NCBI GenBank assembly: GCA_046538485.1
Contig: JBKHIT010000036.1
Coordinates: 1-47,600 of the forward strand
DNA: 47,600 bases
Direction: 5' to 3'
Source: Candidatus Brocadiia bacterium
GTDB taxonomy: Bacteria; Planctomycetota; Brocadiia; SM23-32
The notes beneath the pieces were generated by a model, which searched no databases, was not told the origin of the DNA, and saw only the letters and a list, made by a program, of their open reading frames with translations. A program made the translations under genes and the position numbers. Positions 36,150 through 45,427 of the stretch are shown piece after piece; position 1 is the first letter of the stretch; each line of letters opens with the position of its first letter.

Positions 36150-39100
36150 ATGGTTCATCCGCATAACAGCACCGAATACACCCATTCCGAACGCCCCGCG
36201 CTGGATACGCTGGGCGCCCTCGGGTACGAGGTCCATGACTGCACCGGCACAGGGGATAAACCAGCCCCGGATAATCGCTCCGATGAAACCTCGGTGATAC
36301 TGCAGGATCGTCTTCGCGCGGCCATCCGGCGGCTCAACCCCTGGATCAACGACAACAACCTGAACCGCTCCGTCAACCAGCTCCGGCGACTCCAGGCCGT
36401 CGACACCATGCACGCCAACCGGGATATCCACCGGCTGCTGGTGAGCCATACGTCATTCCGCCAGGATCTGGGGCACGGGAAGAAAAAACAGACCGTCCGT
36501 TACGTCGATTACGAGCACCCGGAAAACAACGATTTCCTCACCCTCAATCAGTTCCGGGTGGCCGGCCCCAACGAAGTGATCAAGCCCGATATCGTGCTGT
36601 TCGTGAACGGTCTGCCGCTCGGCGTGATCGAGTGCAAAAGTCCAACCATCACCCAGCCCGATTCCAAAGCGCTCGATCAAATCACGCGATATCAGAACAC
36701 CCGCGGCGGCGATGACGAAGGCGCGGAACAGCTCTTTCGCTACAACCAGTTCACCGCCGCCATCTGGGAAGTCGGCGGCATTTACGGCACCTACGGCACG
36801 CCCCGAGATCAATACAAAGCCTGGAAGGATCTCTATCCGGTCACGGACAAGTATATCCAGAAAACGCTGGGCAAGAGCAAACTCGCCGAGCAGGATCGCG
36901 TGCTGTATGCGCTTTTCGAGCCGCGGCGACTGCTCGATCTGCTGCAGCACTACACGGTGTTTGCCGACGACGGGCAGAACCTCAGCAAACTGGTGGCGCG
37001 GTATCAGCAGTATCGCGCGGTGCAAAAAGCGCTCAAACGCATCGAGGAATGGGAAAACGAAGAGGCCGAAACGAACGGCGGGGTGGTGTGGCACACGCAG
37101 GGCTCGGGAAAATCGCTGACTATGCTGTTCTTGGCGCTCAAATTGCGGCGGCTCAAAGAGAATCCGACCCTTCTGCTGGTGACCGACCGGACGGTGCTCG
37201 ATAACCAGATCCACGCGACTTTCCAGGACTGTGGCTATCCCAATCCCAAACAGGCCCGGGGCGTAGCGGACCTGAAGAAAAAGCTTCGCGGGCCGGCCGG
37301 GCAGACCATCACCACACTCATTCAGAAGTTCCAGGAGAATGAGAAAGAGAAATTCCCGGTTCTGTCACGCTCCCGGGACATTTTTGTGATGGTGGACGAG
37401 GCGCATCGAACGCAATACAAAGACCTCGCCAACAACATGCGGACCGGTCTGCCGAACGCTTTCTACATCGGTTTCACGGGCACGCCGATAGAAAAAGACA
37501 AACGCAACACGCGTCGCACATTCGGCAATTACATCGATCAGTATACGATCGACCAGTCGATCGAGGACGGGGCGACGAAACGCATCTTCTACCAGGGCCG
37601 GCTGGCGGATATTCATCTGGATGGCGTGGATTTGGACGATGTTTTCGACCGCGTTTTCTCCGACAAAACGGACGAGGAAAAACGTGAGATCCGAAAACGG
37701 TATGCCCGCGAGCAAGATCTGGCGGAAGCCCCCAAACGCATCGAGACCGTGACGCTGGATCTGATCGAACATTTTGAGAGCCGCGTGGCCGAACCCTTCA
37801 AGGGATTGGTGGTTACCAGCAGCCGGGATGCCGCCGTTGCCTACAAACAGGCCCTCGACAGATTCAACGGGCCCGAATCGGCCGTGGTAATTTCCGGGGA
37901 CAATAACGATCGACAGGAACTGAAGCGGCATACGCCATCGGATGCGCAGAAACGGACGCTGAAGAAAAGGTTCAAAGATCCGGCGGACCCGCTGAAATTG
38001 CTGGTGGTCTGCGATATGCTTCTGACGGGGTTCGACGCGCCGATTGCCCAGGTGATGTATCTCGATCGGCCTCTGAAAGGCCACAACCTGCTGCAGGCGA
38101 TCGCGCGGGTGAACCGGCCGTATGAGGAAAAGACGTGCGGACTGATCGTGGATTACTACGGCGTCTCGGAGGACCTGCAGGCCGCGCTGGCGCAGTTCAG
38201 CAGTCAGGATGTGGAATCGGCAATGCAGCCGCTGGAGGAGGAGATGCCGCACCTGGAGGCCGCCCACCAGCGGGCCATTTCGTTTTTCGCGGATACGTCT
38301 CTTGACGATCTGGAAGGGTGCGTGGAACGGCTGGAGGAGGAAGAGAAACGGATCCATTTCAACGGGGCGTTCAAGGCCTTTTCGCGTGCCATGGATATCG
38401 TCCTGCCGGATCCCATGGCGAATCCCTATAAAGGCGATCTGCGGAAGTTGGGGGATATTTACACGGCGGCGCGGAACCGATACCGCGACGAAACGATGGA
38501 CCTGCGGGGCTGCGGGCAGAAAGTGAAACAGATCATCAAAGATCACATATCCTCCACGGGGATCCAGGTCCTCAACCAGGAGCCGGTATCGATCCTTGAT
38601 CGGGGCGAGTGGGAAGAACACATAGGACAGCTCGATACCGACGAAGCGAAAGCCAGTGAAATGGCGAACGCCGTCAAACACGAGATACGCGTCCGGTACG
38701 GCGAGGATCCGGTCTATTACGAATCACTCCAGAAGAAAGTGGAAGAACTGATCGCTCGGTACAAACAAAAAAGTCTTTCGGCGAAGCAGTTCCTGCGTCG
38801 GATGGGTGAGGCGATTGAAGATATTCGCCAGAGGGACCAGCGTGCGCAGGAGAAAGGACTCGACAACCGAAAAGAGCTGGCCTTTTACAACGCAATTGAG
38901 AATGCGTTCGAAACCAGCGACGCGGCGGAAGTCGGCCCCGACGGACACAACATCAAAGAAAACGGGCGTGGATATGTGGCGTGCGATGTGGCGGGAATGA
39001 CCAAAGATGTGACGTCGCTGATCAATAAGGAGACGGTTGTGGACTGGAAGCGGAAGGTGAAGGTGCAGAAACAGATGCGGCGGACGTTGAAGATTTATCT

Positions 39101-39185
39101 GTTCAAGAACCTGGGGGCTTTGGGCAGAGAGAAGATCGACGAGTTGGTGAACAGTTTCATTGAACTGGCGCGGGAGCATTTCTGA
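36150..39185 (+). CDS. hsdR: Type I restriction endonuclease subunit R
   Basis: PDIVLFVNGLPLGVIECK, HTQGSGKS, DEAHR, GFTGTP, MLLTGFD, QAIARVNR. Confidence 0.97.
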   Translation: MVHPHNSTEYTHSERPALDTLGALGYEVHDCTGTGDKPAPDNRSDETSVILQDRLRAAIRRLNPWINDNNLNRSVNQLRRLQAVDTMHANRDIHRLLVSHTSFRQDLGHGKKKQTVRYVDYEHPENNDFLTLNQFRVAGPNEVIKPDIVLFVNGLPLGVIECKSPTITQPDSKALDQITRYQNTRGGDDEGAEQLFRYNQFTAAIWEVGGIYGTYGTPRDQYKAWKDLYPVTDKYIQKTLGKSKLAEQDRVLYALFEPRRLLDLLQHYTVFADDGQNLSKLVARYQQYRAVQKALKRIEEWENEEAETNGGVVWHTQGSGKSLTMLFLALKLRRLKENPTLLLVTDRTVLDNQIHATFQDCGYPNPKQARGVADLKKKLRGPAGQTITTLIQKFQENEKEKFPVLSRSRDIFVMVDEAHRTQYKDLANNMRTGLPNAFYIGFTGTPIEKDKRNTRRTFGNYIDQYTIDQSIEDGATKRIFYQGRLADIHLDGVDLDDVFDRVFSDKTDEEKREIRKRYAREQDLAEAPKRIETVTLDLIEHFESRVAEPFKGLVVTSSRDAAVAYKQALDRFNGPESAVVISGDNNDRQELKRHTPSDAQKRTLKKRFKDPADPLKLLVVCDMLLTGFDAPIAQVMYLDRPLKGHNLLQAIARVNRPYEEKTCGLIVDYYGVSEDLQAALAQFSSQDVESAMQPLEEEMPHLEAAHQRAISFFADTSLDDLEGCVERLEEEEKRIHFNGAFKAFSRAMDIVLPDPMANPYKGDLRKLGDIYTAARNRYRDETMDLRGCGQKVKQIIKDHISSTGIQVLNQEPVSILDRGEWEEHIGQLDTDEAKASEMANAVKHEIRVRYGEDPVYYESLQKKVEELIARYKQKSLSAKQFLRRMGEAIEDIRQRDQRAQEKGLDNRKELAFYNAIENAFETSDAAEVGPDGHNIKENGRGYVACDVAGMTKDVTSLINKETVVDWKRKVKVQKQMRRTLKIYLFKNLGALGREKIDELVNSFIELAREHF

Positions 39186-39922
39186 TGCGACGGTTGAACA
39201 TCGGTCAGATAAGTCTGCCGTATGAGATTCGCTGGAGTCCCGATCGCAAATCGATCGGGCTGAGTCTGTCCAACTCCAGCGAACTGACGGTGAACGCGCC
39301 GAGTTCGGCGGCACTTGATGAGATCGAGGCGACGCTTGAGAGGAAAAAACCGTGGTTGCTACGCAAATTGAGGGCGGTGGACAGCCAGGAAGAAGCGCCG
39401 GGACCGAAGGAATACCTCAGCGGCGAGAAACTCCTCTACAACGGGCGGCAACATCGGATCGAGGCGCTGGAGAAGCCAGGGCTGGACGAACCGGAGGTGG
39501 AATTTGCGGACGGCAGGTTCCGGATCGAGGCACCGTCGTATGAGAGGGATGCGGATCGGGTGGAGGCGGTCCGGGGCGCTTTAAAGGAATGGTATTGGTG
39601 TGTTGCTGAGGAGAACTTGCCCGAGCGCGCCTGCAAATACGCCCGCAAGCTCGGATTGGGGTCGGTGGAAGTGCTGATTTACGATTCCGACACCAAGTGG
39701 GGCGAGAGCAAAGGCGATAGCATTCGTTTGAACTGGCGTTTGATGTTGGCGCCGACGCGGATCCAGGACTACATAATCGTCCACGAACTCTCCCACCTGA
39801 AACACCCCGAGACCCCCACTCACCATTCAAAGCCCTTCTGGCACACGGTCGGATCGCTGCTGCCCGATTATGAAGAGCGGAAGGAGTGGTTGCGGCTGGA
39901 GGGGAGCATCCTCAGCTTGTAG
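39185..39922 (+). CDS. M48/YgjP (SprT-like) metallopeptidase associated with type I R-M
   Basis: KEYLSGE, IRLNWRL, YIIVHELSHL, HSKPFW; TGATG overlap with hsdR. Confidence 0.92.
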   Translation: MRRLNIGQISLPYEIRWSPDRKSIGLSLSNSSELTVNAPSSAALDEIEATLERKKPWLLRKLRAVDSQEEAPGPKEYLSGEKLLYNGRQHRIEALEKPGLDEPEVEFADGRFRIEAPSYERDADRVEAVRGALKEWYWCVAEENLPERACKYARKLGLGSVEVLIYDSDTKWGESKGDSIRLNWRLMLAPTRIQDYIIVHELSHLKHPETPTHHSKPFWHTVGSLLPDYEERKEWLRLEGSILSL

Positions 39923-39985
39923 GAACTGCCCTTCTCCCCGGTCCGACGGCAAGTCTTGGAGATGTTTCGAGCACGGAGAGTCGAT

Positions 39986-41308
39986 ATGCCGAAAAGAACA
40001 AATAGATTTCAGAAGCTGGTTAAGCAAATAAACGAAGCTTTAGTGGGACAAGACGCGGAGGTTGAAGAATCCGCTATGGAGCCCGTGTTGGGCGACGACG
40101 ATTTTAGAGAGATTGATGTCCTCATAAGGAATGAACTGGGACCGTATCGGGTTAAAATTGCCGTTGAAGCAAAGAACGAAAGTAGGCCGCTGGCAGTGGG
40201 GAAAATCGACTCAATCGTGGGGAAGTATAGGGGACCCCGCCGCGTTGAAGTAAACGACGTTTATGTTGTTTCCAGTCGGGGCTTTACGTCCGGGGCAGAA
40301 AAAGCGGCTGCCGCAGCAGGCATTAAGCTGCTAACTCTTAGCGAAGCTGAGACATATGATTGGGGGAAACTCTCGCTGAAAAACCTGATGGACAATGGAC
40401 AATGGACAATACCCATTGAGGAATTCCACATAGAACCGGAGCCAGGTGTGGAAATAACTGAAGGGGTTTTGGATGAGGCGAGAATACGTTGCTCTTGCGA
40501 TGAGTGCAAGAATGCAGAGTCTGAAGATAAGGGAACCTTAAGACAAGTTGCGCAACGATTGTTCATGCGTAAATTCTATTCTGACAGGAACCTCCAAGAG
40601 GAATTCATGGAGATGTACGAGCCGGAAAAAGACGGATTATTTTTCACGTTAAATCAGGGCTGGCAATCTGCAGTTTTGAATTATGAGGGAGATGAATTCC
40701 CTGTACAGAAGGTGCGAATCAAGATCGGCAGGCTAACTCCGCATGAAATCCCGCCTTCTCCATTTTCCGGCGCGCGATTTCGTTTCAGAAAAAGAATGCG
40801 TATTACAAGAGTGCAGATAAAACCGGACATTCAAAACGATAATTTTGATCTGGAAAAAGCTCATCTGGTTTGTACGTGTAAAAAGGGTCAAAAAGATCTT
40901 GGGAGTATCGCCGACTATATCGTGGAGGTGATCAACGAACATATCCCGGAGAAGAATCCAGAAATTATCCGTCGCACGTTCGAAGAGATGCGAGAGACAG
41001 ACGGGCCAGTTGTCGTTCAGGTTCATGTGCCCTTGAATCATCACTACGTAGAATTCGAAGGTGAGCGGTATCCCATCACCGAATTGGTCATTTTTGTCCA
41101 AGGAGAAGAGTCCGAAGGGTCACTGCGTTTTGAAAGTTTCCAGATGCGAGGTGACCAATTATCACTGCCTAATGTAGTAGTAGGAGAAGCGAAAGCGGGC
41201 GGAAAGCGGTTTAGAATAGTTATGCCGCAGTCGCTTGAGTCTCCGCGGATTTCCGTTGACATGACAGAACTGGAGAATGGCGAGGAAACAGATGCTTCGG
41301 GTCAATAA
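39986..41308 (+). CDS. Mrr-like PD-(D/E)xK endonuclease with tandem C-terminal repeat
   Basis: REIDVLI...IAVEAKN, VVSSRGFTSGA; GGAG RBS before ATG 39986. Confidence 0.8.
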   Translation: MPKRTNRFQKLVKQINEALVGQDAEVEESAMEPVLGDDDFREIDVLIRNELGPYRVKIAVEAKNESRPLAVGKIDSIVGKYRGPRRVEVNDVYVVSSRGFTSGAEKAAAAAGIKLLTLSEAETYDWGKLSLKNLMDNGQWTIPIEEFHIEPEPGVEITEGVLDEARIRCSCDECKNAESEDKGTLRQVAQRLFMRKFYSDRNLQEEFMEMYEPEKDGLFFTLNQGWQSAVLNYEGDEFPVQKVRIKIGRLTPHEIPPSPFSGARFRFRKRMRITRVQIKPDIQNDNFDLEKAHLVCTCKKGQKDLGSIADYIVEVINEHIPEKNPEIIRRTFEEMRETDGPVVVQVHVPLNHHYVEFEGERYPITELVIFVQGEESEGSLRFESFQMRGDQLSLPNVVVGEAKAGGKRFRIVMPQSLESPRISVDMTELENGEETDASGQ

Positions 41309-41629
41309 TTGGTCACGTAAAATGGCTTTGGATATTTGAATTGGCGTTGAAAGGTTACTCCGAAAGGGGCCCGACCCGCTGCGAGGAAATGTCACCGCAA
41401 AAGTACACGACAAATAGGACTCCGCATACGCGCATTAGAGGAGATTCCCGCGGGGCTTCTAACGCCGTGGAACTTGTTGCGGCGGTGGAATGAAGCTTTT
41501 CACGGCAACTTCAAAAGGGGAGGCTCAGACGTTTTTTCTAGAGCCGTGCCGCATACAGCATTTCAGAGAAGTTGTGGCTGAGCTTGACTGCTTTTTGTAA
41601 GTAACATTAATAGGAAGGAATTTTAATAC

Positions 41630-42517
41630 ATGTTTCTTTGTTATGTAGATGAAAGCGGTCACTGTGGGCGGAGCTATAATGAGAGTCAACCGGTAGAGGT
41701 TTTGGCAGGAGTCCTAATCAATACATACAAGCTAAAAAAGACCCTCCGCGAACAGACCGAGTTGCTTGAATTGCTACGAAACAATGGCATTCCTATCGAG
41801 GAATTTAAAGCTTCCGACATTTACCGAGGGCGTCGTGCTTGGGAACAGGTAGATCCAGAGGTTCGGGTGGCTGTCTTTGATTATCTTCTCAGGTGGATGA
41901 ATGATAGGGCATGCAAGCTAGCCATCTGTCCTGTTGATACCGATTTGTTTTTTGCGCTTAAAAAAAATGAAGGCAAGACGGCAACTCTCATGGAGTTCCC
42001 TTTCGAAGCGGGCGCATTAAACGTTGTGCTGGCCGTCCAGCGTGAGCACAGAAATAAAAAGCGGAATAAGGGGAATACGATTTTCATCTTTGATGAACAG
42101 CATGATCATTCAAGTCATTTATTAGAACTGTTTGACCGCGATCTGAGGTATACAGACGCGTACGTTTTATACGAACCTAAACCGCGGGCAAAGAAACAGC
42201 CGGAACGCCTGGATCAGGTTATAGATGTACCGCATTTTACAAAGTCGCATCTTGCGCTTCCCGTTCAACTAGCTGACGCAGTAGCTTTCATCGTTCGCCG
42301 TTATCTTGAACTTACGCTATATGAATCACCCGAGCGTTACGCAGGGGAACAGGACCAGCTTCACAAGTGGTACAAAAACGTTGGTGAATGCATGATCACC
42401 CATACGTCCATTGATCCACCCGTCAAGAAAAGAGATCCGCTTTGCCAGTTTTATGACGACGTGCGGCCGGAGGGCTGGTCGGCCCACCGCATGAAGGATT
42501 ATAGCTGTGCCCCCTAA
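41630..42517 (+). CDS. DUF3800 family protein
   Basis: YVDESG, EFKAS, FIFDE, QLADAVAF. Confidence 0.85.
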   Translation: MFLCYVDESGHCGRSYNESQPVEVLAGVLINTYKLKKTLREQTELLELLRNNGIPIEEFKASDIYRGRRAWEQVDPEVRVAVFDYLLRWMNDRACKLAICPVDTDLFFALKKNEGKTATLMEFPFEAGALNVVLAVQREHRNKKRNKGNTIFIFDEQHDHSSHLLELFDRDLRYTDAYVLYEPKPRAKKQPERLDQVIDVPHFTKSHLALPVQLADAVAFIVRRYLELTLYESPERYAGEQDQLHKWYKNVGECMITHTSIDPPVKKRDPLCQFYDDVRPEGWSAHRMKDYSCAP

Positions 42518-42872
42518 GGCCAGAAAGAACCGGTCCTTACGCAGAATCTGGCTGATCAGCTTGTAACTGCTATTACCGAGTACATCCGCAAAAGACCCCC
42601 CGGAAAACGCATTTAAGCCTGTATATGGAGCTTCATTTGTGTTAAGTTATTGGTGAGTCAAGAGTTGTTATGGTGATACCAAAAGGGCCGTAAGTTGAGC
42701 ACCTGCTGAACAGTGTGTATGTGCTGCCGAAGAAGAAAGACGCCCTGCCAGACCATGGTAATCCGTAACTGTCCCTCCAGCGGCAGGGCCTAAGTCTTGG
42801 GCAGAAGTGGCGATAGTCGAACAGAGAAATTTCCAGGTCTTCCGACAAACTGTAAAGATACGGGAAACAAGG

Positions 42873-43739
42873 ATGAGCAGCTTTTTATTGGACACCTCAG
42901 CTTTCAGAGCCATTTCTCGCAAAAACCTCGTAAATTGGTCAGAACGGTGCCGGATATCCATCTCACCCGTTACGTTTTATGAGCTGATCCGCCACCTTGA
43001 TGAGGGCGGTGAATGTCACTTTAGACGCTACAGGGGGCAGGTGCTCAAATGCCGACAAGTGAAAATTCTTGAGGACCCGTTTTTGGAAACAGCTGAATCC
43101 CCGGGTATGCAGTGGGATTTCAATCCATCAAGGCGTGACGATAGAAAAATAATCGTGCGGCTTATTGATCAACTTAAAGATGCTGATACTTTAGATGACT
43201 TCTATTCCAGATCCATCAAAACTCCATCTTGGGGAATTATGGATCTCCGTCATCTATGCGAGCGAATGCGAGCTAACATTAAGAGGGATGAAAGAGGTTA
43301 TTCTATCATGTTCCAGCGGATAGCCAGGCTACTTCAAAAAAAATATCCCGTGAAGGTTTTGAGGGGATATAAGACGATAGATATCGTAAAGGAAGTCATG
43401 TTTTCATCCGCTTCCAAATCAGCCGAGAAACATGCCCCGGATTCAAATGCGGTCGTCGACGCTGTACATTGCTTCCGCGGATACGTATGTGCCAGAGCCA
43501 AAGATTGTTTGACGGCCGCTGGCTCAGTAACGGAGATGAAATTGCCAAAAAACGATATGAGGGACGGGTGGATATGTGTGCATCTTAAAATGGATACCGA
43601 TAGAACTCTTGTGACGAGCGACAAAAAGATGCGCGAGGCCGTTAGGATAGCCTTGCGTGCTTACGCTGAGTTCTACAATAAAAAACCAATGGCGAAAGTA
43701 ATCAGTAATATAGAGTTCCGGAACAAAATGAAGTGTTGA
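42873..43739 (+). CDS. PIN-like domain protein
   Basis: FLLDTSAF, ISPVTFYEL, NDMRD, LVTSDK acidic pattern; start uncertain (GTG 42807 alternative). Confidence 0.7.
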   Translation: MSSFLLDTSAFRAISRKNLVNWSERCRISISPVTFYELIRHLDEGGECHFRRYRGQVLKCRQVKILEDPFLETAESPGMQWDFNPSRRDDRKIIVRLIDQLKDADTLDDFYSRSIKTPSWGIMDLRHLCERMRANIKRDERGYSIMFQRIARLLQKKYPVKVLRGYKTIDIVKEVMFSSASKSAEKHAPDSNAVVDAVHCFRGYVCARAKDCLTAAGSVTEMKLPKNDMRDGWICVHLKMDTDRTLVTSDKKMREAVRIALRAYAEFYNKKPMAKVISNIEFRNKMKC

Positions 43740-43827
43740 TACCGACGAGAGACGGGCACTGCGGTCTGGACAGTTGCATTATCGCAGTCTGCAAAACTTG
43801 ACGCCCGAGAAAGAGGGAAGGTTAAAG

Positions 43828-44586
43828 ATGACAAATATGTTGAAGCCTGAATATGAGACTTACCAAGACGTCAAGGATACGCTCGCCCGATGGACGGTCC
43901 CTGTTTGGTTTTGTGTCTTAGCATCGTTCTGGTATGTGGTATTGCTTCCTGCCCACCGAAATGCTGTAACGCAATTGCCAGGCATGGAAAGCTGGGTCAG
44001 ACAGGTAGGGCCAATAGCAGCCATGGTGGTTCTTTCGATGTTGGTTGCGCATCTCATGACCCACATTCTCGAGGTCCATGACCACGTGTACGATCGCTTT
44101 GTAATAAGATGGCGGTATCATTACGCACGGGACAAAATCATTCCGAAATTGCTTAGCCCATACAAAGAGAACCTGCCGGAGGGTTTTTGCGCTCAGGCCG
44201 CCTCTTCAACTCGTGAAAGTCTTCGCAGGCTATTTTATCCGTTTGCCGGAGATCGTGATCCTCAGATTAGCCAGAATCTATTGGTTCGATTCTACGAGCG
44301 AGTGACGAAGTACTGGTTTCTCCAGATGAACGAAGTAGCTCTTTTGATACTGGTGTTTGGTTCTGGGATATACGCATCTCCGTTTCTTGGGTGGCCCTGG
44401 CCGTCACGGTTTTGTTGGCTAACCCTCGTAGTTGCTGTGCTGTTTACGCTGAACCGGTTACTGGCTGTACCCGCTCGACGTAGTGTGTGGAAAGCAACCG
44501 AAGCCGAGATCGAAGCAATACACACGGAATGCGAGGACTCTTTTGAAGAAGCTCTCAATGGGCTCGTGGAAGATTATGGATTCTGA
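43828..44586 (+). CDS. Hypothetical 4-TM membrane protein
   Basis: Two pairs of hydrophobic helices separated by a soluble segment (EVHDHVYDRF..WR); overlaps next gene. Confidence 0.75.
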   Translation: MTNMLKPEYETYQDVKDTLARWTVPVWFCVLASFWYVVLLPAHRNAVTQLPGMESWVRQVGPIAAMVVLSMLVAHLMTHILEVHDHVYDRFVIRWRYHYARDKIIPKLLSPYKENLPEGFCAQAASSTRESLRRLFYPFAGDRDPQISQNLLVRFYERVTKYWFLQMNEVALLILVFGSGIYASPFLGWPWPSRFCWLTLVVAVLFTLNRLLAVPARRSVWKATEAEIEAIHTECEDSFEEALNGLVEDYGF

Positions 44587-45250
44587 ATCAATCAGGAAGA
44601 ATCTTCGGCCCGAATACTCGGCGCAGGCGATGGGTTTTGCGCCAAACCCCATGGTGTCGAGGGCAATAGAGGTAAGCAAGGAAGAGACAACAGACCCTGA
44701 CAGGATCGCTGACCAGGGTTGCGGCAAGTTGCGACATCTTAGGTTATTCATGAGCAATTATACGGAAATATTTCTTGTTGAAACCCAACGTCAGCTGCGG
44801 CGACGCATAACCCTCAACGGTCAGAAACAGACAATTCCCGAGTATCTTCACACGTTGCCATCGTCACAGCAGGACCGTATTGAAGTTGTCTCATCTGCCG
44901 AATTTTCTGATTGCACGATGAATCTTGACGCTATTTTCAGCATATGCGTTTATGACGTTGTCAGACAAAGCACTCGGCAGAGGCTTGCAAATGCCGCAAG
45001 GCGCAACCTACGCCCCGGTGGATTGTACGTCGTCATAGCTCCGAGGAACGACAGTAGCATCCTGAAACGGTGCAGTAAAGAGAATGAGTTCGAAGATGGA
45101 CACTATTTTCAACATCACGGTATAGTTACTTTCTACCGTAATTTCAGGAGGCATGAACTCATTGTGGACATGGTTCAGAGCTATGGCTTCAAGCTCCTAA
45201 CAGACATGTCACGGTATCGACAGGTATGCATGGTTTTTGTTCGTGAGTAG
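44576..45250 (+). CDS. Class I SAM-dependent methyltransferase-like protein
   Basis: Motif I IADQGCGKLRH, LVET, DAIFSICVYDVV, LRPGGLYVV. Confidence 0.75.
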   Translation: MDSESIRKNLRPEYSAQAMGFAPNPMVSRAIEVSKEETTDPDRIADQGCGKLRHLRLFMSNYTEIFLVETQRQLRRRITLNGQKQTIPEYLHTLPSSQQDRIEVVSSAEFSDCTMNLDAIFSICVYDVVRQSTRQRLANAARRNLRPGGLYVVIAPRNDSSILKRCSKENEFEDGHYFQHHGIVTFYRNFRRHELIVDMVQSYGFKLLTDMSRYRQVCMVFVRE

Positions 45251-45427
45251 AAAGGAAAAACATTGCCGTCATGTACGGACAGAGTTGACACGAATGCACC
45301 GGTTGACTGCTTTTGTTTGACGGTCGATCGGGAAAGGAATGAACCTCTTTTTGTGACCGATGGTATGTATGCCAAGGGGGCTCCATCGTCCCGTATGCTG
45401 CTATGGACGCCATGAGCGGAGATTGCA

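Noticed and set aside
42518..42616. In-frame 32-codon continuation after the DUF3800 stop
   Set aside because: Domain already complete; an open frame of this length is expected by chance
41585..45314. 12-bp repeat TTGACTGCTTTT at ~41585 and ~45303
   Set aside because: Short and low-complexity; may be -35-like boxes; no evidence of a target-site duplication
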